This document shows positions 41,254-52,234 of a stretch of 64,000 bases of DNA, piece by piece. The notes beneath the pieces were generated by a model that saw only the letters and a list, made by a program, of their open reading frames with translations, had not been told where the DNA came from and searched no databases. Position 1 is the stretch's first letter. Each line of letters begins with the position of its first letter. Position numbers and translations under genes: made by a program. Source of the stretch: Eledone cirrhosa (lineage: Eukaryota); the NCBI GenBank assembly GCA_964016885.1, contig OZ024742.1:346332001-346396000 (forward strand), read 5' to 3'.

Positions 41254-41398
41254 TAACCAAAGTGAGTAAAGTTAATTTTTTTTTATTTATTTTGAAACTT
41301 TTTCTTATTTAATAAACCTTGATTATATATACATATATATGTATATATATATATATATGTAATATATAAGATCAAAAGATGGTTAAAAGAGTTCCATG

Positions 41399-41469
41399 TA
41401 TTTTATTATGCACATTTCAAAAACAAATATCATCGTGCAATAATATTTGTGTTTTCATCAGATAAAATA
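41399..41469 (-). ncRNA. Type I hammerhead motif (left arm of the palindrome)
   Basis: Reverse complement of 41562-41632; stem III reads ATGTGCAT. Confidence 0.8.
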
Positions 41470-41561
41470 GGAAGACATGATATGAAGGTTAAAAAACACT
41501 TGTGAATAGTGCAAAACTGCACTATTCACAAGTGTTTTTTAACCTTCATATCATGTCTTCC

Positions 41562-41632
41562 TATTTTATCTGATGAAAACACAAATATTATTGCACGATG
41601 ATATTTGTTTTTGAAATGCGCATAATAAAATA
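41562..41632 (+). ncRNA. Type I hammerhead motif (right arm of the palindrome)
   Basis: TATTTTAT-CTGATGA-aaacacaaatattattg ca cgatgatatttgttttt-GAAA-TGCGCA-TA-ATAAAATA; 8-bp stem I. Confidence 0.85.
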
Positions 41633-41876
41633 CATGGAACTCTTTTAACCATCTTTTGATTTTATATATTATGTATACTCCAGTCCTACAAACTGTAGAA
41701 TGCTTCTTATCCGATATCTGCATTGCTTTATTGTACTACAATAAAACTCACCTCCTACATATATATATGTATATATATATATATAACAAAGGAATTGTGG
41801 TAAGGAACCAGATGGACCATAACGCACCAGAGTACTCAATACTTAGGGTAGTAGAGTGGGAAATATGAAAAAGTAT

Positions 41877-41905
41877 GACCCCGACGGCAGAGCTCATGCC
41901 GTTTC
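41877..41905 (-). ncRNA. 3' half of a hammerhead (5' half apparently lost at a microsatellite)
   Basis: Minus strand: GAAA-CGGCA tgagctc TGCCG-TC-GGGGTC. Confidence 0.45.
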
Positions 41906-41933
41906 GACGGCTATCTCTGGACTATTTTTTCTC

Positions 41934-42078
<145 letters not shown>

Positions 42079-42229
42079 AGGGAGTGTAACGTGGAGTTAC
42101 TGTAGGTTCACCCGGGTGAGCACTCGATGTTTAGGTTCTCTTCTGTGTCGAGGTGTAGAGCTAGACAGAGTGTATTATAGTAAAATAAAACAAAGACGAG
42201 TAGTTACTCCTTCATTACGTTTATTGGTT

Positions 42230-42314
42230 GGTGACGCGCGTTTCGCCACTGATCAGCTCAAGGTTCGATCTGTATCGATCTAGCCCGACTCTGTAATCCA
42301 CGGCTCGTTAGACC
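42230..42314 (-). ncRNA. Degenerate hammerhead (core CTAACGA) with long stem II
   Basis: Minus strand: GGT-CTAACGA-GCCGT...GTGGC-GAAA-CGCGCG-TC-ACC; the module tail (42077-42118) matches 24578-24619. Confidence 0.6.
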
Positions 42315-42343
42315 GTTTATAATGGTAATGAAAATACATATAT

Positions 42344-42426
<83 letters not shown>

Positions 42427-42729
42427 TGTGTATATGTGTGTGGAGAGAGAAAGGGAGGGGGTATTCTTTATAAATAGTTATTTCTCCAAACTTACTCATA
42501 TATTTAATCCTGTATGTCATTTGTACATGCCTAACATTTATATAGCTATAATCCTAGAATATCATAAATAAATTCAACGTTAGAATAGAACTAATTAGAT
42601 AATTATTAATTATATCATGTAAGTACATATTTCAAATTTATTCACTATTATATAATATTGAAATTGCGAGAATATACTATTGGATTTTATATAATCTTTC
42701 AGTTCTTTGTTGTTTGGTTTCCTGTGTGA

Positions 42730-42787
<58 letters not shown>

Positions 42788-42992
42788 GTGTGTGTAGATC
42801 TGTGTAGATGTGTGTTTGTGCGCATGTATGTGTGTCTGTATGTGTATGTATGTGTGTGTAGGTGTGTAGGCGTGTGTATGTGTGTTTATTTGTGTTTATA
42901 TGTGTGTAGGTGTGTGTATGTATCAGTTTGTATGTATCTGTATATGTCTGTACATGACTGTATGTATGTGTGTGTATATATGCGTATGTATG

Positions 42993-43035
<43 letters not shown>

Positions 43036-43162
43036 AATCTGAGTTTTTCGAATATTAATAATAATATTCGATTTGTTTGCAATTATGCAAACAAGCCTCA
43101 TTTTTAAAGCCATGTCAGTAGAATGAATCCCTCATTCTTGCTCTTGTGTTGGCATGTAAACA

Positions 43163-43212
43163 GAACTGCAGACACTAAAATGTCTGGGTATTACCCTTCA
43201 TCAGTACAGTTC
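43163..43212 (-). ncRNA. Degenerate hammerhead (GAAA box damaged) inside an imperfect hairpin of about 100 nt
   Basis: Minus strand: GAACTGTA-CTGATGA-aGGGT aat ACCC-ag-ACAT ttta GTGT-C-TGCAGTTC; pairing extends to about 43140/43239. Confidence 0.6.
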
Positions 43213-43478
43213 ACTGTTCACCTGCCAAACTGTCAGAGCTAGTGAAAATATATGCTATTTTCTAAAATATACAGTGACTGATCGGCCTGATTTGCATATA
43301 AGCAGACTGGCTGATCAGTCAGATCTGCATATTAGCAGATCCACTGATCAGCCAGATTTGCATATCAGCAGAGTTGCCAGTCAGTTTCCTGTATACGAGC
43401 TTTACCATAGGTGAAATATTGGTGCTGGTACCAAATAAAGCACTCTATGCACAGGCGTTTTTCTATTATATATATATA

Positions 43479-44120
43479 CTAGCTGAATGACCCGGCGTTG
43501 CCCGGGTTACTGCTGTTTTTATTCAGATTAGGAAACAATAAATATGAAGAATTTTTTTTTCTCATATTCACTTTACATAAAATATGTCAAAGTTGTAATG
43601 ATAATAGAATTTAGAAATGAAAATCTCTTCAACATGGTTTTACCATCTTCTTTTCACAACCAAGAAACCAACAAAAATCACAAAAAGGGAACACAAAAAA
43701 TATATATATTAAGAATAGCAAACAGAATCGTAATAAATTTTCTGTCGAAAACAAAAAACAGCCAAAAAACAGTTTTTTTTTAACGGATGATAAAGTACTG
43801 TAAAGTTGTTGGAAGAGCCTGATAGAATGAGATGAGCAACAGCCAGAAGCACAGCAGCAGCAGTATTTCGAACTGTCCACCATTTAGGGTCGTAATCTTC
43901 AGTTTCGATATCAGATTTATGAGAGAGGTATATCGTGAATTATTGAGTTTTATCGATTTTTTTTGCGTAATTGGGGATCAATTTTAAATATATAAATTCT
44001 GCATGACCTAATTGAAGCTATTTCGAATATTGATAAGTAATTTTCCATTGAAGGACATGTTTTTTTTTTTAATCGTATAGAAAAGAAACATGCACACACA
44101 CTCGCTTTTATAGATAATGA
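43479..44120 (-). mobile_element. Non-autonomous Helitron H4
   Basis: Minus strand: A|TCATTATCTATAAAAG start; CCCGG gcaacg CCGGG hairpin, then CTAG|T at 43479. Confidence 0.78.
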
Positions 44121-44207
44121 TATATATATATCTGTATGTGAGTGTGTGTATGTGTTTGTATATATATAAACTCTTTTTGTGTTAAATCATCTCAGTGCTA
44201 ATGCACG

Positions 44208-47200
44208 TTACAGGACCTCTTTGTAGACTATGTTGCGGGTCATACCGTTGGATGTGTATGAAAAAAGGGAGTCCTTACTCCCAACTCGCGAGCAGGCAAC
44301 ATAAAGTTGACCATGAGCAAAGCAGGGCTCTTTTAGATGAATGCCCGCCACGGACAAAGTTTGACCCTGAGATTTGTTTATGGTGATCGCGAAGCAGGGC
44401 CTTACGGGAAACTGATGTCGCCTAAAACCTATCGGGGTGTCCGTGGTCGAAGGTTGGATGCTTAGCCTTGGAATCATGACGGTCTCACCTTTACCACAAC
44501 CAGTTAAAATGGTTGCTTCAATGAGATGGTTCGTCATTGATTTGACTACCATTCGAGTGCCGTTGCACTGTTTTGGGGGGCGCATGTTACGTATAAGCAT
44601 AATCGGACTGCCAACCTTGAGCTTCAGGATGTGGGGTGGGAGACCTGGGGGGTCAAGGCTATTCAAAAACTCTACTGGGTAATCCGTCGCCTCCTGTGGA
44701 TCGGTGACGCGGTCTATAGACTTAAAAATTTTCTCTTGGGCTGGAATCTTGCCGAGTAGCTCTTCGTTGAGAGCATTAACAGCAGAGTTTTGGGGGCTAG
44801 GATGGCTCTTGAACTAAGCCAATCTAAGTTAGTGTAGTTAACATGTAGGTTTGGAAAAACAGCTTCTAAAAGGGCCTGAGGACTGTCAACTGTATTACTG
44901 ACAGATGCCAGCGACACCTCACCCTTTTCGTTGGAAGGAAGTCGGCCTTCCCCTATAGCTAGGATGGCCTGGCCGAATTCAGCAGACGTGCTGTCCCCGA
45001 GCAACTGCGCCCGCATGTTAACGCTCAGGCGGAGTGTCCGAACGATAGGCCAAAGCGTCGACGACTTCAGGCATGCGCAGACTTCATCAGCCCTTGTCCC
45101 TTTGGGGATAACAGGCAGCGTTTGCCTGAAGTCACCCGAAAGCAGTAAAGTCACGCCACCCAATGGTGCCGAGGAGTTCCTGATATCTTTTAAACTCCTA
45201 TCTAATGCCTCCAGAGCACCCTTATGTGCCATGGTGCATTCGTCCCACACAATGAGGCAACATTTTGCGAGAAGTGCCGCTTTGTCGGAGTGCTTGCTAA
45301 TGTTGCACGTCGGCGTATCAGTTCGTGCGAGGTCCAACGGAAGCTTAAAGGCAGCATGAGCCGTCTTCCCTCCAGGCAGCAAGGTAGCGGCGATCCCCGA
45401 TGAGGCGACCGCAAGGGCAATCTTATTTTGTTGTCGAAGACGCGCCAAAATGAGGGAGGTAACAAAGGTTTTGCCTGTACCGCCAGAGGCATCAAGAAAG
45501 AAGACACAACCTAATCCACCCAGTGCACTGTCAACGACAGTCTCATAAGCAACCCTTTGCTCGGGAAGAAGCTTACGTTCATTTTCATCTAGGAAAGTTG
45601 TCAACATGGCGACATCGTAAGATGTCTCCAACAGAATATCTGGACCCAGCACACTAACATTTTCCCTGCTGGCGGCTGGCAAGCCGTATGTTGGCAAGTC
45701 ATTCCCCCCTAGTTGAAGGAGCTCTTCTTGGATGGAAATTAGCCCTTGGTTGTAAATCATTTCGGTGAACCCCACTTCTAAAGACGGATTTGCCGTTTGG
45801 CTGTGCGGAGGAAGTCCTCGCACAAATCGTCCCTGTACTTCAACCAAAGGGCTGAAGGGTTAGCTAAGCCACAATTGTGCAGCAAAAAGGCAAACAGTTC
45901 CCTTAATTTCTGTGGGGATTTCAGCAGAGCACCATCGGCGAGTGTCGAGTCCCATTGGCAGTCATCTTCCAAGAGACCAAGCCTAAAGCAGGCTTCTCGA
46001 AAAGTGTTGCAAAGTTCCCCGTTTACTGTTTTTAAGTCAAAGAAACCTTGCGGCCCCTTGACCTCGTGCAGAAGAATGCGCAGGTGAAAGCACTCAGGTT
46101 GGGTTGGGGGAACCGTGTAGACTCTACCGAGGCAGACAGAAAATTTAACTCCCGGATGCGATTCAACTGCCTTACCAGTTTTTCGCCGTACCCAGCTATT
46201 GCGGTGCCAAGTGAAGTAGGACGGCACCTGAGGGTAAATTAGAGTTCTCGCAAAAGCGTCTACGTGACAGAGCTTAAAGAAAGCGGTTAACGTGGTTTCT
46301 TTGGGGTTAGCCGCAACTTGAGCAGCATTTGCGGCCGTAAAGTAAACCCGCTGTCCGTTCTCTAAGTGGACCGCCAGGTTTGTGATTTTGGGGTACCTTT
46401 CATGGATAGAAAAACCAAAAATTCGCCAAAACGCTTCGTTTGTACTTATGTACCGGGCCGATAGGTACTCACTGACCTCGTCCCGGTCGGACTGGAGGGC
46501 GAATGCGGCGGAATCACAGCCCTTGTTGACGTACTTGCAAACATATTTAATCGATTTAACTGAGCTACAGAATTCCACATTAATGTGGGCTTGGAACGTC
46601 GAAGTGAGAAGTGGACAATAGGGAACCACCCATCGATTGTCGACTTGCTTGCCCCTTACAATGGCAGTAAAACCACCGTCTTCAGGCGACCGGCGCCTGT
46701 ACAGGGGATAGCCGTCGTGCCCTGTCTGGGTCTCTGAAACAAATTTCCTAGCGTACCTCTTACTACAGATCCCGTCTTTCTGACACGAATGGTTAGAACC
46801 CGGATAACAGGGTCCGTGTATCATGGAAGCGGTGACGACGTCGAAGAGTTCTTTGTCGGTGGCAGGGTTGGGGATCTCTGCGCAGATAAATTTGTCGATG
46901 TCGTTGGAGTTGATCTTGTTCTGCAGCCACAGTAACAGATGAATGTGAGGCAGGCCCCGTTTCTGCCATTCTACGGTGTACGTATGGCATCTAGCAGAGC
47001 CGAAGATGTTGGCTTTTGCACAACATGCCTTCATTTTCTGTATGTTCCTCTCGAAAGCCCTCGCTATGAGGTCAAGGCGGTGGTGGTATGACTGCCCTGG
47101 AAGGAGTTCTCGGGTAATCTCATCCGCCTTCGGGTTGCACGTGAAGGTGATGAAGAGGTCAGGACGGCCGTAGGCCCGCACGTAGGTCATGGCGTCCTGA

Positions 47201-47567
47201 GTCCTCTCGTGCATGTACCGATGTCCTCCAGTGAAGGTAGAAGGCAGGATGCAGACCTTGCCAATGTTTCGGGGATCCCCGTCGTTGGTCAAGCCGTCTC
47301 GCAGGTGTATGTAGCTTTCAATACGCAGTTGCTGCTGGTGGGTTCGAATGAAGGCCAGTCGTTCTGACTCCATCTTTGCTGCCATATCCACCGCAAATTG
47401 GTTCAGTAGGTCCTGCGATCTGTGCAAACTGTTGAAACAGTTTCTCCGAGGCATGAGTCGGTATGCGTAAAATTCCTTGCAGGACACGGTTTGGGCGGCA
47501 GCAACGGAGGGCTGGTTTGGCTGGCAGTGTGGAGTCTTGAAGTGGTAGCCGTCCTCGCCGCGGGGGA
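44208..47567 (-). mobile_element. Helitron RepHel coding region (HUH Rep plus PIF1 helicase), 5'-truncated, two frameshifts
   Basis: Rep motifs PDLFITFTCNP, EWQKRGLPHIH, KYVCKYVNKG; helicase motifs GGTGKT, VWDE, GDFRQ, ILAP, FAITINKSQGQT, HGQLYVACSRV across ORFs 45778-47634, 44714-45847 and 44208-44666. Confidence 0.97.
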
Positions 47568-48225
47568 ATTCTCCTGCATCGAACCACCTAGGTACTATGA
47601 CATAACCTGTGTATTTGCTGGCATTGGCGTACATCTGTGCGCTTATGTTAGTAGATATATTAAATTATCTATATTTATCTCCAAATCACTGATTTGTCGA
47701 GCAAACCTGCCAAAACCACTTCTAAAAATTCTTTTTTGGGGGTGTTAGTAGGCGCTTGTCATCTTACCACCCCATTCCTACTGACTAGCCTCTGTGTCAC
47801 GTGATTGATTCTTTAGAATCGACCATATGATCAGTGGCAGTGAGAATTTTCAGTAGCTGGAATCCAGTCCTCGATAGCTGTTCCATTTACCGAATTATTA
47901 TTATTTTTATATGAGTCGCCAGTGTCCGCGCATCGCCTGGAGACTCGGCTGAGAATGACCTCCCTGATGACGCAATGAAATTCTCAACGGTTCATTACGT
48001 AACTGTCTTTATCCCATTGCAGAAACTAATTAGTTGGAGTGAAAATTTAAGTAAGTAAGTTAATTTTTTTTTTTTATTTTTTTTTTAAATTTTCTTATTT
48101 TACGTCTTTTATATTATTGTTCTGCATTCTCCTGCATCGAACCACCTAGGTACTATGACATAACCTGTGTATTTGCTGGCATTGGCGTACATCTGTGCGC
48201 TTATGTTAGTAGATATATTAAATTA

Positions 48226-48232
<7 letters not shown>
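47568..48232 (+). mobile_element. Non-coding HHR element (retrozyme or Penelope pLTR-like): 558-bp unit with 107-bp identical direct repeats
   Basis: 47568-47674 equals 48126-48232; internal hammerhead; ends in (AT)n. Confidence 0.75.
47960..48039 (+). ncRNA. Type I hammerhead motif with long stem II
   Basis: CTCC-CTGATGA-cGCAATG...CATTGCa-GAAA-CTAATTAG-TT-GGAG; palindromic stem III, GUU site. Confidence 0.82.
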
Positions 48233-48293
<61 letters not shown>

Positions 48294-48336
48294 CACTCAC
48301 ACGTATATATACACATATATGCACATATGTTTTTTC

Positions 48337-48452
48337 TTGTTCTGGCTGTTGTTGCTGCTGTTGCTGTTATTGTTGCTGTAACTGTTGTTGTTGTTCTTAT
48401 TGTTGCTGTTGTTGCTGTTGTTGCTGTTACTGTTGCTGTTGGTGCTGTTGTT

Positions 48453-48487
<35 letters not shown>

Positions 48488-48850
48488 TGTTGTTGTTGCT
48501 GTTATTGTTGCTGTAACTGTTGTTGTTGTTGTCATTGTTGCTGTTGTTGCTGTTATTGTTGCTGTAACTGTTGTTGTTGTTGTCATTGTTGCTGTTGTTG
48601 CTGTTGTTTGTTACTGTTGCTGGTGTTGCTGTTATTGATGTTGTTGTTACTGTTATTATTGCTGTTATTGTTGCTGTTATTCTTGCTGTTGTTGTTGCTG
48701 TTATTGCTGTTGTTGTTGTTGTTGTTGTTGCTGTTGTTCGTGTTGTTGTTATTGTTATTGTTGTTGATGTTGTTGTTGTTGTTGTTGCTGTTGTTGCTGC
48801 TGTTGTTCGTGTTGTTGTTATTGTTATTGTTGTTGTTGTTGTTGTTTGTT
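48337..48850. repeat. Degenerate (TTG/CTG/TTA)n trinucleotide tract
   Basis: Direct reading; followed by minus-strand SINE family 1 pieces (about 48858-49000 and 49470-49685). Confidence 0.95.
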
Positions 48851-49702
48851 TTGTGTGATAATTGTTTCTACTTTCGGCACAAGGCCAGCAATTACCCAGC
48901 ACATTACTGGTACTTTATTTTATCGACCCCGTAAGGATGCAAGGCAAAGTTAACCTCGGCGGGATTTGAACTCAGACAGTAAAGGGACGTAACTATGCTG
49001 GTCTGCCAATAATGGTGCTTCGTTAGTAACCAACAATACTATAGAACTGTGTAACTAATAGCTTCACTCCTCAATCAACATTATTGCTGACATCCTAATA
49101 GTTCTTCGACAAAGTATCTCGCTTGAAAGACATATATTAATATTATATTATTACTTTTATTATTGTTTTTATTATCATTTTTCTGATTTGGGAGAAGGGG
49201 GGTGAGGGGGTGAGGGGGGGGGGGGGGGGTATTTATTCTTTTTTTTCCTGTGGCTTTATCGAATTCTAATGATCGTCGAATGGAAATCTACAAGGATTTC
49301 ACTGTCAGAGAAATGTTTTCAATTTTACTAATCGAAGTGAAGAAAAGTTGTCTCGCTTCTGCCATCAATTCGGAGATTTAGAAAGCCAGGCTGTTCTAAA
49401 GTTGACAAGCGAATCCTCCCAAACTGAATTATTGCAAAATCATGGCCTTTACTAGAGAATGTAGATAATGGTTTCTAATTTAGGTACAAGCCCAGAAATT
49501 GCGGGATGGGGAATAGTCGATTAAGTTGTCCCCAGCGCGTTACTGGTACTTTATTTTATCAACCCCGTAAGGATGAAAAGCAAAGCTTAGCTCGGTGGGA
49601 TTTGAAATCAGAACTTAAAAGGACGTAACTATATCTTGTAAAGCATGTTGTCTGACCTTCTACCGATACTGCCAATCCACCGCCCCTGGACAAGGTAAAT
49701 AA

Positions 49703-51458
49703 TCTAAACTATAATAAAGTAAGGAGTGCGGGACTGCGTACGGTTAATCATTTTGTATCCCATTCGTAAAATAAGTTGGATTACTTTGAATAAATAATAA
49801 ATATTACATAATTTATCTACTAAATTTCGTAGCTGTTGATTAAATATATTTTATTGTTTATTTAAGATTCACTTCTTTAAAATTTTCAAATGTCAACACT
49901 TCTGGTTAGCGATCGCTTAAATAAACATTCATATATTTCCGTCACTAATTTTCTCCTAATGCAGTTTATATATAACTAGCAGCTGAGCCCTGTTGCACCC
50001 GGGGCCACTTTTTATTAAGTTAATAATTTGAAAAATATTATTGAAAGTTTATTATAAAGAAGCAGTTTCAGGAAAAAAAATAAAAATATGCACTTGGGGC
50101 TGGACGACGTACAATGAGAAGTGGAGCGACGTGAAAAGCGTTGTTTATTAACAGCGAAATAGCAATGTCGATGATATGCAAGTTTAAAAATGCATATTAT
50201 GAAGGTTTGTATGATAGTTTACACTTTCATTGCCCTGGTCAGCAAGAGGGGCCTCTATATATTAGACGTTTATTAGAAGAGGAGGAAATAACTAACCCCA
50301 GTATTAGAAAGGGGGTTCGCAATGTAAGGGTTTTATTTCTTTTGTTAGAAAACAGTGACCTTTTTCGGTTTGGCATTTCGTAAAATTCTACTGCAGAATC
50401 GATTTCATAAAACGGTACTGTATGATCGGTATAGAAGTATTTAAATTTAATATAGAGCAACTGTAATTGAAAAATGAAAATGAAACGTACTCTAGAAGGC
50501 AACAGTTTATTAACAGCGAAATAACGTTGTCTTTCATATGTTATTTTAAATAAGACAATGAATATTTAAAAAAAACTGAATTAATTAACTCGGCAACCAA
50601 AGGGCTTATAGATCCCATTCATTAAGTTCATAAAACGGTACTGTATGATCGTTATAGAAGTATTTAAATTTAATATAGAGCAACTGTAATTAAAAATGAA
50701 AACTTTAAACTTTTCATTTGACTTTGAAAAATACTACTTACTGTTAGTGGTGGTTAACATGTATTAGAATTAAAATGAAAATGATATCGGAAAAAACGTA
50801 CTTGAGAACATGCCTCCCTTCTTCGCAATTTAAGGGTTTTATTTCTTTTGATGGAAAACAGTGACCGTTTTCGGTTTGGCATTTCGTAAAATGGTACTGC
50901 AGAATGGATTTCATAAAACGGTACTGTATGTTAACAGCGAAAGAACGCTACGAAAGAACGCAGCGAAATAAATTGATGAGTTTAAAAATGTGTATGAAAT
51001 TGTAAATAAGACAATGAATATTGAAAGTATCAGAACAGGGGGAAATAACTCACCGAACGCGATAGTAAATAGACCGCTTGGGGGCCTTAGGGACCACATT
51101 TTTCAAGTTAGAGATTTCAAACCTCGTCTATTTGCTTCCTTGGCACTTTTTACATAAGTGTGTAAATTTTCATGTCCGTCCGACCACGTCTACTACCATT
51201 TAACCGTGCACAACTGAATTTCAACCACCACCCATTTCACAAATATATATTAGATATCGTTTTTTTTAATGTATCATGGATTACGTTACTGATTACATAA
51301 GAGAGTGTAACACAGTCTTCGTTCAATTACTGTGGATATTGTCAATTACGATTTTATTTGATGTATCATATCTACATACATATATACTTGCGTATAATAT
51401 CAATATCCACACTACACATGCCAGCAGAAAACCACCCGAACGGTGGTTTTTCTGCAAG
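49703..51458 (+). mobile_element. Helitron family H1 copy hosting a second nested Helitron
   Basis: A|TCTAAACTATAATAAAG start; same terminal hairpin, with the end mutated to CAAG. Confidence 0.75.
49976..51254 (-). mobile_element. Non-autonomous Helitron H5 nested in H1
   Basis: Minus strand starts TCTAATATATATTTG and ends with a GC-rich hairpin plus CTAG; sits between A and T of ...taa|tatcgt (empty site at about 17880); internal duplications of 60-100 bp. Confidence 0.83.
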
Positions 51459-51748
51459 GTATTTCTAATTTAGATACAGGACCAACAATTTGGGGGTGAG
51501 AGGAAAAATCTATTATATTGACCCCAGTAGGAGGCAAGATAAAGTTGACCTGGACGGTATTTGAACTCAGAAAGTAAAGAACCGGAGATATTACTGCTAT
51601 GTATTCAACCTTCTACTGACTCTGTTATTCCAGAGTCCTCAGATTCTTTCTAACATTGGCACAGAGCCAACACTTTGGGGAGGTATAAGTTGGATATATG
51701 GAAACGAGAACATAACTGGTACTTTATTTTATTGACACTGTAAAGATG

Positions 51749-51853
51749 GAAGAAGAAGAAGAAGAAGAAGAAGAAGAAGAAGAAGAAGAAGAAGAAGAAG
51801 AAGAAGAAGAAGAAGAAGAAGAAGAAGAAGAAGAAGAAGAAGAAGAAGAAGAA
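51749..51853. repeat. (GAA)n
   Basis: Direct reading. Confidence 0.98.
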
Positions 51854-52099
51854 CGACTAGGTTTATAATCTAAGACACCACGAATATTAATCATCTCACT
51901 AAAATTCACATAGCCTAGCCACTCACACCACCTCCACCCCATTGTTTTAATTATTCATAATCTAATTAACATAATTTTCTATTGATATGGTTGCTACTGG
52001 CAGTAATAATTATTATTCTATCAAACATTAAATCTGTAATCCTTATTCTAATTTGTTTCCTTGATAGACATAACATGCTCGACGTCTGAAAAGAAGGTT

Positions 52100-52232
52100 C
52101 TTTCGCAATCATTTGATTCCGGGTTCGATCCCACTGCGCGCCATCTTGGGCAAGTATCATTTACCCTAGCCTCGGGTCATCTCAAGTTTTGAGGATGAAA
52201 TTTGGTAGACGAAGACTGTTTGGAAGCCCGTC
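52100..52232 (+). mobile_element. tRNA/CORE-type SINE fragment
   Basis: B box gggttcgatccc followed by cttgggcaagt. Confidence 0.6.
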
Positions 52233-52234
52233 TG

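Larger units (their letters stand above)
41360..41671. repeat. Near-perfect palindrome, 154-bp arms, 4-nt loop (41514-41517)
   Basis: ...tgtgaatagtgca AAAC tgcactattcaca...; each arm carries a hammerhead. Confidence 0.95.

Noticed and set aside
43479-44207. CTAG hairpin at 43479 as the definite 3' end of the autonomous Helitron
   Set aside because: A separate TC-type 5' end at 44120 suggests an independent non-autonomous element; linkage cannot be shown from this window.
47568-47634. N-terminus MYANASKY.. of the 618-aa Rep ORF as the true start
   Set aside because: This part lies in the adjacent direct-repeat element; Helitron homology begins at FPRGEDGY.
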